Source: an uncultured archaeon
GTDB taxonomy: Archaea > Aenigmatarchaeota > Aenigmatarchaeia > CG10238-14
NCBI GenBank assembly: GCA_964392445.1
Contig: CAYMPD010000001.1
Span: 1 to 64,000, forward strand
Direction of reading: 5' to 3'
DNA: 64,000 bases
The notes under the pieces were generated by a model. That model worked only from the letters and a program-made list of their open reading frames with translations. It searched no databases and was not told where the DNA came from. The translations under genes and the position numbers were made by a program. This document shows, piece after piece, positions 41,749 to 49,698 of the stretch; position 1 is the stretch's first letter, and each line of letters opens with the position of its first letter.

Positions 41749-42993
41749 TTAATTTGGAGTGGTCAAAACTACATCAACTATATCTTCTTGTAAAGGTCGG
41801 GTAAGATTTCTTGTATTGGTTCCAAAATCAACTGATGCATTTATCTCCGCAACATAAAAAGACATATTTTCTCTAAGATAAGTACTAATTCTTCTTTGAA
41901 GTTCTTTATATTCTTCACTTGACCTATATTCTCCAAAAATCCTATCGAGATTTGCTAGGTCTCCCTCAAATTTTTCATCATATAAAATACCCAATAAATC
42001 AGTACCAAATCTCTCTACACGTGAATCTAATGTCGCCCTCATCTTATCTTTAGCCCCTTCAATCTCTGAATCCTTATAATCCGATACTCCTCTCACAACT
42101 TCATAAATTCCTCTTCTGACCTCTAAATCGTCACAAACAGGTATTATATCCACTCCTACTATTAAAGGACCTTGATCATTTTCTATATAGGAAAGCATTG
42201 CTCTTACAGAACTTAAGGATATGTCCTCTACTATTTGTGGAGAATCTATGCCGCCCACAGGAATTGCTCCAAGTGCTGTATTTTTAGCTTCCTCTTCATC
42301 ACTTCTACCAACTCTAGCCAGACACCCTAAATATTCAGGTTTTCTCCCCCTTTTCATAGAAACTAGACATCTTAAATCAAGTGGATGAGGTAAAAATTCT
42401 TCAAGAAAAAGTCCCCCCGGATTTATACTATTTCTATAGAATGCACTAGGGACTTCTCCTCTTGGTTTACCCCGCTGAGAACTACAAAAATCAATGAAGT
42501 CTTCTTTTCCGTTTACTTTAATTATAGATTTTCCTCTGCTCCCAGAAGTCGGTTTTACTGCTACCGGAAAACCTAACTCTTCCTGTATAGAATCTGCTAT
42601 TTCTTCTATATTTTCTTCATTTCCTCTAATTGTTCCACCAACAATTTTCAAAGGATGTTTTGTTAAGTGATAAGGAGCAGTTGGTATTTCTTGATCCTTA
42701 AATACTTCTTTCATGGCCGGTTTATATCTACAAAACCCTTCCACCGAATAAGAACTTAAAACTGTTATTCCAGACTCTTCCAACTCTTGAGCGAAATTAA
42801 CTCTTCCTCTCCTATGCACCAATCTATTCACGACTTTATCTAGATCTTCTAGAAACTCTTTCTCTATTCCCGTTCTATGAGAATAATGCATTATAGTAGG
42901 TATAACTCCCCTATTTAGAAAAGCTTGGAGTATTAAAATTTCATCTACATAAAGTTCTGTATCAAGATAATCAACGGCAAGTCCTATTGTCAT
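41749..42993 (-). CDS. ATP-grasp ligase, RimK/LysX-like, with ~90-aa insertion
   Basis: YKPAMKEVF..IPT, PVAVKPTSGSRG, FLEEFL, DLRCLV, KNTALG, GVDII...AEIN. Confidence 0.75.
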   Translation of the reverse strand: MTIGLAVDYLDTELYVDEILILQAFLNRGVIPTIMHYSHRTGIEKEFLEDLDKVVNRLVHRRGRVNFAQELEESGITVLSSYSVEGFCRYKPAMKEVFKDQEIPTAPYHLTKHPLKIVGGTIRGNEENIEEIADSIQEELGFPVAVKPTSGSRGKSIIKVNGKEDFIDFCSSQRGKPRGEVPSAFYRNSINPGGLFLEEFLPHPLDLRCLVSMKRGRKPEYLGCLARVGRSDEEEAKNTALGAIPVGGIDSPQIVEDISLSSVRAMLSYIENDQGPLIVGVDIIPVCDDLEVRRGIYEVVRGVSDYKDSEIEGAKDKMRATLDSRVERFGTDLLGILYDEKFEGDLANLDRIFGEYRSSEEYKELQRRISTYLRENMSFYVAEINASVDFGTNTRNLTRPLQEDIVDVVLTTPN

Positions 42994-43015
42994 ATCAAAA
43001 CAAATTAAAATATAA

Positions 43016-43025
43016 CTTTTAAATA
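43016..43025. promoter_or_regulatory. Candidate bidirectional TATA box
   Basis: TTTTAAATA lies ~30 nt from the lysX-like ATG (42993, leaderless) on the minus strand and ~25-30 nt from the AAGGTG SD (43047) of the leader ORF on the plus strand. Confidence 0.5.
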
Positions 43026-43058
43026 TCTGACCCTATAAATTGTGTAAAGGTGTAATAA

Positions 43059-43145
43059 ATGAATGAACTAGACTTTTTTTGTGTTTTCCGAGTTTTATCT
43101 AGTTCGATCACTGTTTCTAAGAAGAAGTTAAAGAAGAGACGATAA
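43059..43145 (+). CDS. Candidate Lys/Arg-rich leader peptide MNELDFFCVFRVLSSSITVSKKKLKKRR
   Basis: ATG 43059 preceded by AAGGTG; 28 codons ending AAG AAG AAG TTA AAG AAG AGA CGA TAA; lies upstream of a lys-like operon. Confidence 0.45.
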   Translation: MNELDFFCVFRVLSSSITVSKKKLKKRR

Positions 43146-43161
43146 TCGGTCATTGTTTTTT

Positions 43162-43208
43162 GGACTGTGCGTCTCATGGGCTATCAGGTTCGAATCCTAA
43201 CAGTTCTT
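43162..43208 (+). ncRNA. tRNA-like minihelix element, copy 1
   Basis: GGACTG-(16 nt)-TCAGG TTCGAAT CCTAA-CAGTTC: 6-bp acceptor-like stem plus T-arm (one C.A mismatch). Confidence 0.55.
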
Positions 43209-43213
43209 TCTAG

Positions 43214-43807
43214 ATGGATGATAAAATGGCACCAAGAATAATACTAATAGATAATAATACTCAATACTTGAGTGAATTGACTGGATATTTAAATGATCTC
43301 GGGACAGAAGTAGATTTAACAAGCCCATTGTGTAATTTCCAGATCGATGAGTACGATGGTGCAATTGTTTCTGGAGGAAGAATGCCTCCAGGTAATCATA
43401 AACCTATTTATGACTGGTATTCTGAACTCTTTGAAGAAGCCGGGAAAAGTGGGATTCCTGTACTTGCAATATGTTTTGGTCACTTGATCTTTGGATTAAC
43501 ACAAGGAGGTAGTATTAAAAGGATGGATCTAGGAGAAGAAGGTATTATAGAGGTAAATTTTGAAGAAGGTTATCCTCTAGCACCTGACGGACACAGATTA
43601 AGAGTTTTCGTATCCCGTGATAGAATATTGCAAAGAGTACCTCCTTCTTCAAATGTATGGGGGGTTTCTTCTAAGTCTAGTGCTGAGGCGTTGAGTTATG
43701 GGTCTATATTTACTGTAGGTTTTCACCCAGAAGTACGCGAATCTAGGAATCAAGGTCAGATGATACTAGATGGATTTTATCAAATATGTGGAGGAAGTGA
43801 AAGATAA
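43214..43807 (+). CDS. Class I glutamine amidotransferase (GuaA/TrpG-like)
   Basis: IILIDN, SGG, nucleophile AICFGH, FHPEV (Cys-His-Glu triad intact). Confidence 0.88.
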   Translation: MDDKMAPRIILIDNNTQYLSELTGYLNDLGTEVDLTSPLCNFQIDEYDGAIVSGGRMPPGNHKPIYDWYSELFEEAGKSGIPVLAICFGHLIFGLTQGGSIKRMDLGEEGIIEVNFEEGYPLAPDGHRLRVFVSRDRILQRVPPSSNVWGVSSKSSAEALSYGSIFTVGFHPEVRESRNQGQMILDGFYQICGGSER

Positions 43808-44646
43808 TGTATGAGAGGCCCTTATTAGTAGTAAAAATAGGTGGGAGTTTAATTCCCCCATGTGGTGAGTTACAAGACACTGAACAACTCAGAGGTATCG
43901 CGAAAGATATAGCGGGGTTGTATCCAAGGAACGATTTCGTAATTTTACATGGTGGTGGAAATAGGGTTACTTATAGAATGAAAGAAATGGGTAAAGAACC
44001 TCAATTTATAACATCTAGAAATGGTATGAGAAGTAGATACACTGACAGAGGAACTATGGATATTTTCGCTGACGTGATGGGAGATATAAACCAAGAGTTA
44101 GTCGATTTACTAACTACCCAAGGTCTAAGTTCAAGGGGGTTTTATAATGGTAGTAGCCCATTAATGGGTAGAAGAAAAAAGGCCCTTAGAGATTACCGTG
44201 ATGGTAAGGTCCTTCTAGTTAGAGATGATTACAGTGGTAGATTATATGGTTTAGATAGAAATTGTTTGTTAGATTCTCTTGAAAGGGAAGAAATGCCGGT
44301 TATCTCGCCTGTGGCTGTTGGTGAAGAAGAAGAATTTTTAAATGTAGATGGGGATACTGCTGCTGCATATACAGCCTCTGAACTTGGAGCAAGAACATTA
44401 ATTCTTATTACTGATGTTACAGGCGTTTTAGATGGTGATAATGAGTTAGTAAGAAGAGTACCATATCAGGATTTAGATAGTTGGATTAGTAGAGTTGATG
44501 GTGGTATGAAAAGAAAATTAATGGCGAGCAAAGAGGCTATAGAAAGGGGCTTAGAGAAAGTTTTAATTTGTGGTGGACGGGAGGATCGTCCTTTATCAAG
44601 AGCTTTGAGATATGAAAATGGTACTGTAATAAAAGGTGATAATTAA
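43807..44646 (+). CDS. [LysW]-aminoadipate/glutamate kinase-like (LysZ/ArgB)
   Basis: VVKIGG, HGGG, GMRSRYT, RKK, YSGR, PVISPVA, LNVDGD, TDVTGVL, GGMKRKL; resembles archaeal LysZ throughout. Confidence 0.88.
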   Translation: MYERPLLVVKIGGSLIPPCGELQDTEQLRGIAKDIAGLYPRNDFVILHGGGNRVTYRMKEMGKEPQFITSRNGMRSRYTDRGTMDIFADVMGDINQELVDLLTTQGLSSRGFYNGSSPLMGRRKKALRDYRDGKVLLVRDDYSGRLYGLDRNCLLDSLEREEMPVISPVAVGEEEEFLNVDGDTAAAYTASELGARTLILITDVTGVLDGDNELVRRVPYQDLDSWISRVDGGMKRKLMASKEAIERGLEKVLICGGREDRPLSRALRYENGTVIKGDN

Positions 44647-44652
44647 TGTTAG

Positions 44653-45894
44653 GTGAACATCAAAAGATATGATAATTTGAGGGGTAGAGAAGTACCTATA
44701 TCAATAGTATTAAGAGAGTTCACTCAAGGTTATCCATTATATTTTGGTTATAGAGGGGATAAATCTTTCCAAGAACTTCTCTCTTTATTATTTGCAACAG
44801 GTGTCCATTCAATAGAGATAGACAATCCTTATCAGGGGGACTTTTCCGATGGCCATGTACCGATTAAAACAGGACATGTACAATTAGCAGGAAAATTGTA
44901 TGGTGACAGAGTATTATCACATCTTAGGTTAGGGCCAGGTATACCTGATATAAAATACTACTTAGAATATATGGAAGAGATTCAGAAAACTGGTGTTGGA
45001 TTATTCACAACACTTGACTACGAAAAAATAGGTTATGAATCTCAAGAAGATCAATTGAAAGATGTGGAGAACGGAATAGGAAGGTTAATAGAATCCGGAG
45101 TTCAAACAGTTAGATTTAGTGTTGAAAATGGTGTTTACTATTTCCAAAACGGTGAAAGAAATGAGATAGAAAATCTAATAAGAGTAGCAATTGAAGCCGG
45201 CGCCAATACTATAGGACTCCCTAAAACCAATGGAAAAAATAGTGTTGATATGTACAGATTTGGTCAAGAAGTAGGGACTTTGGTCCCAGACGATATTAGT
45301 ATTCGCTTACACTGTCATGGAACCCCCCCCTATCTTTTTGTTCTGAATGGATTGGCAGGGTTGTTAACTTCAGGCCATGAAAATGTAGTTGTAGAGACCA
45401 CACTTGAAAGATCTTCCCATCCTAATAGCGTTGAGATACCAGGTATAGTTGAAATGAATGATAGATTGAGAGAAGGAGGTGTAAAAACTGGGGTAGAACC
45501 TAATTTTCTTGTAAGAATCGTTAGTGATGCTTTAGATATGATTTATCGACCGTCTCATTTACCACCTTATGAATTGGCAATTGGAGGACACGCAGCGAAA
45601 AAAATGAATGGTTCTAAAGACTATGATGGTCAAATTCAAAGAAATAATCATAAGAGAATTTTTTCTCACACGACAGGAAAAAATATCTTAAGAGATTTAC
45701 TAGAACAGTATGGTATACAGGTACATCCTAAGAATATCCCAAAAGTAGCAACTGAAATCAGAAGGCTTATGTCAGGGGATTATCCAGATATTAATCCTAG
45801 GATATATTTAGATGAAGATGGGGTTCCTAGATTGGATAATATTCTAACGAAAATTTCAGAATTAAGGGGTATCCCAATCAATGGGGGTGATTAA
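44653..45894 (+). CDS. Divergent DRE-TIM metallolyase, homocitrate synthase-like
   Basis: SIVLREFTQ (compare DSTLREGEQ), IEI, HCHG metal motif, GGH...Y, HTTGK; many other positions degenerate. Confidence 0.6.
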   Translation: MNIKRYDNLRGREVPISIVLREFTQGYPLYFGYRGDKSFQELLSLLFATGVHSIEIDNPYQGDFSDGHVPIKTGHVQLAGKLYGDRVLSHLRLGPGIPDIKYYLEYMEEIQKTGVGLFTTLDYEKIGYESQEDQLKDVENGIGRLIESGVQTVRFSVENGVYYFQNGERNEIENLIRVAIEAGANTIGLPKTNGKNSVDMYRFGQEVGTLVPDDISIRLHCHGTPPYLFVLNGLAGLLTSGHENVVVETTLERSSHPNSVEIPGIVEMNDRLREGGVKTGVEPNFLVRIVSDALDMIYRPSHLPPYELAIGGHAAKKMNGSKDYDGQIQRNNHKRIFSHTTGKNILRDLLEQYGIQVHPKNIPKVATEIRRLMSGDYPDINPRIYLDEDGVPRLDNILTKISELRGIPINGGD

Positions 45895-45918
45895 AATACC
45901 ATAAATTCAGTTGACTGT

Positions 45919-45968
45919 AGAATTGTGCATTATTTGTGGCCTATCAGGTTCAAATCCTGACAATTCTT
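45919..45968 (+). ncRNA. tRNA-like minihelix element, copy 2
   Basis: AGAATTG-(18 nt)-TCAGG TTCAAAT CCTGA-CAATTCT: perfect 7-bp acceptor-like stem plus perfect 5-bp T-arm. Confidence 0.62.
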
Positions 45969-45981
45969 TCAAAAATTAGAG

Positions 45982-46278
45982 GTGGAGAAAATGGAAGATA
46001 TCTATGAAAATAATGGATTATCTATATCAGTGGTTGATTTAGATGGTTTTAGAAATTCATTAAGGACTTTAGGGAATAGAACAACGTTAGAAAGAGTAAT
46101 AATAGAAAGTTTTCTTATCTACGGATATCAACCACAAATTGAAATTACTGGGATCCGAGTCGGTGATAGATACTTTTGGGGAGAAGAAACCCCAAAAGCA
46201 GAACCTATCTATCACGGAGTAGTACAAGGGTGTAGTTTATATGGACAAGAAATTGTAGTGGAGGGGGGGTTGGTATGA
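45982..46278 (+). CDS. Hypothetical protein (likely start at ATG 45991)
   Basis: 98-aa ORF with GAGGTGG SD; no motif recognised. Confidence 0.65.
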   Translation: MEKMEDIYENNGLSISVVDLDGFRNSLRTLGNRTTLERVIIESFLIYGYQPQIEITGIRVGDRYFWGEETPKAEPIYHGVVQGCSLYGQEIVVEGGLV

Positions 46279-46334
46279 AAATACTAGTAGGAATATGCTT
46301 AATTTACTCCAAAGAAAAGGTGATTATATCTTAG

Positions 46335-46655
46335 GTGTTGACCGGAAGGATTGTTAGTGGATTAGACTGTAGTGGATATTACAGGGGATTCTTAGTTTAT
46401 ACCTTAGGGACCAATTGCGAAGAAATATTACACCTTCATTGTATCCCAGAACAGGAAATTAAAGAGGGAATTGATGAAAAGAAAGTTATAGATCGATTGG
46501 GCTACGAAAAGGAAGTTACAGAATTCGAGGGTAGTTACACATTAACTCTCTCTGGTAAAAAAATTGGTGCCCTACATGTAGATACCCCGTCAAATTTAAC
46601 CAGCAAATCCGATGTTCAAACTTTATTAAGAAAAAGTGGATATCAGTTCAGCTAA
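46335..46655 (+). CDS. Hypothetical protein; possibly extends to ATG 46275 through an in-frame TAG
   Basis: 106-aa ORF; in-frame ATG 46275 overlaps the previous stop (ATGA), with TAG at 46332-46334. Confidence 0.6.
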   Translation: MLTGRIVSGLDCSGYYRGFLVYTLGTNCEEILHLHCIPEQEIKEGIDEKKVIDRLGYEKEVTEFEGSYTLTLSGKKIGALHVDTPSNLTSKSDVQTLLRKSGYQFS

Positions 46656-46670
46656 ACCATAAAAACTTGG

Positions 46671-48368
46671 GTGACTAAAATGAGAAGTATGAAAGAAGAT
46701 GAGACTATGTTCTGGTCAGACAGAATTGCGAATTTATTGATAGAAAGAAAAAAATATAACTACATAGACAAAAACACTCAAAAACCAGAGAAATTTCAAG
46801 TAAAAAGTAGTACTTCTATATCAGGTGTTCCACACATAGGTAATGCTTCTGATGTGATAAGACATGATGCCGTGGTCAGATCTCTAAAAGAAATGGGAGA
46901 GAAAGTACATTTTATCTGGGTATCTGAGGATATGGATCCTTTAAGGAAAGTACCTGCCGGAATTCCTAAAGAATTTAGTAAATATTTGGGTATGCCTGTA
47001 TCAGATTTACCTTGCCCAGAGGGTTGTTGTGAGAGTTATGTCAAGCACTTCACTAGATTATTCATAGAAAGTCTTCATAAGCATTTTGGAACTGAACCGG
47101 AATTAATTTCAACCACAGATGCTTACAAAAATGGGAAATTTTATCCTTATGTTAAATTGTCTTTGGAAAAGATTGATATAATAAAAAAGATACTTAACAA
47201 ACATAGAACCAATCCTCTACCTAAAGTTTGGAGTCCCTTAAAACCAGTTTGTGATAATTGCGGGAAGATAATAACTACCAAGATAGATGATGTAAATAAA
47301 GATGTTGTTAGTTACAGATGTGAAGATTACTCCTTTAAAGAATTTGGTCAGAAAGCCTACACTAAAGTTGAGGGTTGTGAACATAAAGGCGGATGTGACA
47401 TTACTAAAGGTAATTATAAATTGTTATGGAAGATCGAATGGGCAGCTGAGTGGCCTTTGTGGAAGATTAATTTCGAAGGTGCGGGAAAAGAACACTATAT
47501 GCCAGGTGGTTCCTTCTGGAATGCTGGCGAAATTTGTGAAAAAGTGTTTGATTGGCCTGAACCTTATCCTGGAGAAAATGAAATCCAGCCTTATGAGTAC
47601 ATTTTAGTAGACGGAGAAAAAATGTCTGCATCTAAAGGTAATGTGGTCGCAACATGGGAATGGCCTGAATTTGCTCCGCCTGAAATACTTAGAATGCTCC
47701 TTTTAAAGAGACCAAATAAGACAAGAGGATTCTCCTATGAAAAAATACCCGAAATGGTTGATGAATTTGATGAATTAAAGGAAATCTATTATGGCCATAA
47801 AAAGATTGAAAATGAAAAGGAATTAAGAAATTTGAAAAAACTTTACGAAGTTTCTAGGATCGAAGAAAAATATCATTATACCCCTAGCGTTTCGTTCAGT
47901 TACTTGGCTTTAATAAGTCAGATGATTCCTGAATCTACTACAAGTAATTTTGATAGAGTAATTCAAGTTCTCAAAAAAACCGAACATATTACAGAAGATA
48001 ATGAAGAGATTAGAACTCATGTAAAGAAGAGACTGGAAATGGCTGGAGAGTGGATGAAAAGATATGGTCCCGAAGAGGATAGGATAAAATTATTGAAAAA
48101 GGTACCAAAAGAAATAGTTGGGAAATTGAGTGAAGAACAGAAATCGTCCTTGAAAGAACTTTCGGGATTTATCCAAAAAGACTTTACAAGAAAAGAAATG
48201 TGGGATGAAATAAAATCAACAGCGGAAAAGTACGGAATAAAACCCGGAAAAATATTCCAAGCAGCTTATCTAGTTCTAATTGGAAGAAAAAGAGGACCAA
48301 GAATGATACCTTTTATTCAACTATTGGATAGAGATTTCGTGATTAAGAGATTTAGTTTGGAAGATTAA
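46671..48368 (+). CDS. lysS: Class I lysyl-tRNA synthetase
   Basis: STSISGVPHIGN, DMDPLRKVP, KLLWKIEW, EGAGKEH, PYEYI, KMSASKGN. Confidence 0.95.
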   Translation: MTKMRSMKEDETMFWSDRIANLLIERKKYNYIDKNTQKPEKFQVKSSTSISGVPHIGNASDVIRHDAVVRSLKEMGEKVHFIWVSEDMDPLRKVPAGIPKEFSKYLGMPVSDLPCPEGCCESYVKHFTRLFIESLHKHFGTEPELISTTDAYKNGKFYPYVKLSLEKIDIIKKILNKHRTNPLPKVWSPLKPVCDNCGKIITTKIDDVNKDVVSYRCEDYSFKEFGQKAYTKVEGCEHKGGCDITKGNYKLLWKIEWAAEWPLWKINFEGAGKEHYMPGGSFWNAGEICEKVFDWPEPYPGENEIQPYEYILVDGEKMSASKGNVVATWEWPEFAPPEILRMLLLKRPNKTRGFSYEKIPEMVDEFDELKEIYYGHKKIENEKELRNLKKLYEVSRIEEKYHYTPSVSFSYLALISQMIPESTTSNFDRVIQVLKKTEHITEDNEEIRTHVKKRLEMAGEWMKRYGPEEDRIKLLKKVPKEIVGKLSEEQKSSLKELSGFIQKDFTRKEMWDEIKSTAEKYGIKPGKIFQAAYLVLIGRKRGPRMIPFIQLLDRDFVIKRFSLED

Positions 48369-48405
48369 ATAAAACGTTAAGTAAATTAATTCATAATCTA
48401 TTGTC

Positions 48406-49497
48406 ATGAGTGTCTTTGAAAATCTTCAACAATCCAGAATCTACAAAAACGAGGAAGCATTATCAACAGAATTCTTGCCAAATTTTCTTCCGCATAGAGA
48501 AACACAAATACAAGAGATAGCAAGGAATTTAAACCCGCTCACAAAAGGTAGAAAACCACAAAACACATTCATCTTCGGACCACCAGGAATAGGTAAGACT
48601 TGTGTGACCAGATTCGTACTTAGAGAATTACAAGATTTTGCAAGCGATAATGTAGATACTGTTTTTATCAACACTTGGGATTATAATACTGCTCCCGCGT
48701 TACTGACCAAGATTGTGGTTGAGTTAGGTTACCCTTTACCAAGGCGAGGACTATCAAAAGATGAAATAATGGAAAAATTAATTGAAGTTTTAAAAAGAAA
48801 GAACAAAAGCTTGGTTGTTGGCCTGGATGAAATTGATCAATTAGTGAAAAAAGATGATTCTGCACTTTATGATTTACTAAGGATTAATCAGTATGTTAAG
48901 ACACCTGTAGGTCTTGTAATGATTTCAAACTATGGTAATATTTTTGCTAAAGTTGAACCAAGGATTAAGAGTAGTTTAGACACCCAACAAATAGAATTTA
49001 AAGGTTATTCGATTCAAGAAATGAAGGATATTATCAAGGAAAGATGTAAAGAAGCTTTTAGAACAGGGATTGTTCAAGAAGGGGTAACACTACTATGTGC
49101 TAATCATGCTGTTAACCGGGGAGGAGATGTTAGAGTAGGACTGGAATGTCTTAGAAAGGCTGCAAGAGCTTGTGAACAAGAAGACGGGGAAAAGATTCTC
49201 GTAAAACACGTGAAACAAATACTTCCTAGCGTTAAAACAGTTAAATTAAGATTGATGAGAGATAGGCTAGAAGGAGTTGACAAAAATATTGTTGAATTAC
49301 TAAAAACCAAGAAGAAGATAATCTTTTCCAAATTTATGAAGGATTACAATAAGAATTATGAAGCATTGTCAGATACTTCTCTTAAACAACATCTGGATTA
49401 CCTTGAAGGAGCAGGATTAGTAAGAACAGAGGAAACGAGAAGTGGTGGAAGAGGAAGAAAGTGTTACATTAGTTTGGTTAAGAGGAAGAAGTTCTAG
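48406..49497 (+). CDS. cdc6: Cdc6/Orc1 family replication initiator AAA+ ATPase
   Basis: LPHRE, GPPGIGKT, LDEID, LYDL, GGDVRVGL; C-terminal winged helix. Confidence 0.92.
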   Translation: MSVFENLQQSRIYKNEEALSTEFLPNFLPHRETQIQEIARNLNPLTKGRKPQNTFIFGPPGIGKTCVTRFVLRELQDFASDNVDTVFINTWDYNTAPALLTKIVVELGYPLPRRGLSKDEIMEKLIEVLKRKNKSLVVGLDEIDQLVKKDDSALYDLLRINQYVKTPVGLVMISNYGNIFAKVEPRIKSSLDTQQIEFKGYSIQEMKDIIKERCKEAFRTGIVQEGVTLLCANHAVNRGGDVRVGLECLRKAARACEQEDGEKILVKHVKQILPSVKTVKLRLMRDRLEGVDKNIVELLKTKKKIIFSKFMKDYNKNYEALSDTSLKQHLDYLEGAGLVRTEETRSGGRGRKCYISLVKRKKF

Positions 49498-49562
49498 GTT
49501 AAAATTTATATGTGTGATTCTAACATAATAAGTTAGCGAGGTTAAATCTTAAAGGTTTTAAG

Positions 49563-49637
49563 AGCGAGATGGAGCAGCCTGGAGTGCTCGCGGGGCTCAT
49601 AACCCCGAGGTCGGAAGTTCAAATCTTCCTCTCGCTA
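49563..49637 (+). tRNA. Initiator tRNA-Met(CAT)
   Basis: A1-T72 acceptor AGCGAGA/TCTCGCT, three consecutive G-C pairs in the anticodon stem CGGGG-CTCATAA-CCCCG. Confidence 0.93.
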
Positions 49638-49648
49638 TCGGCCTATGC

Positions 49649-49655
49649 TTTTTTT
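49649..49655 (+). terminator. Oligo-T terminator after tRNA-iMet
   Basis: T7 run 11 nt after the discriminator. Confidence 0.55.
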
Positions 49656-49698
49656 CTGAATTCATTAATTATTTCACTACAAATCCCAAACTATAACC

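Noticed and set aside
43162-45968. The tRNA-like elements read as real tRNA genes or halves of split tRNAs
   Set aside because: The 16-18 nt linker cannot hold D and anticodon arms, and each element pairs its own 5' and 3' acceptor strands with no BHB-forming leader for trans-splicing. They are kept as tRNA mimics instead.
46332-46334. Genome-wide amber recoding (pyrrolysine-like)
   Set aside because: TAG terminates conserved genes at their expected ends (rad50, proS, thermosome, cdc6), and no pyl genes or CUA-anticodon tRNA are present.
41749-46671. A LysW carrier protein gene
   Set aside because: No short zinc-ribbon ORF ending in EDWGE was found in the intergenic spaces I translated.
48369-49562. 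Replication origin (ORB repeats) next to cdc6
   Set aside because: The flanking intergenic spaces are short and show no ORB-like repeats or G-string motifs.
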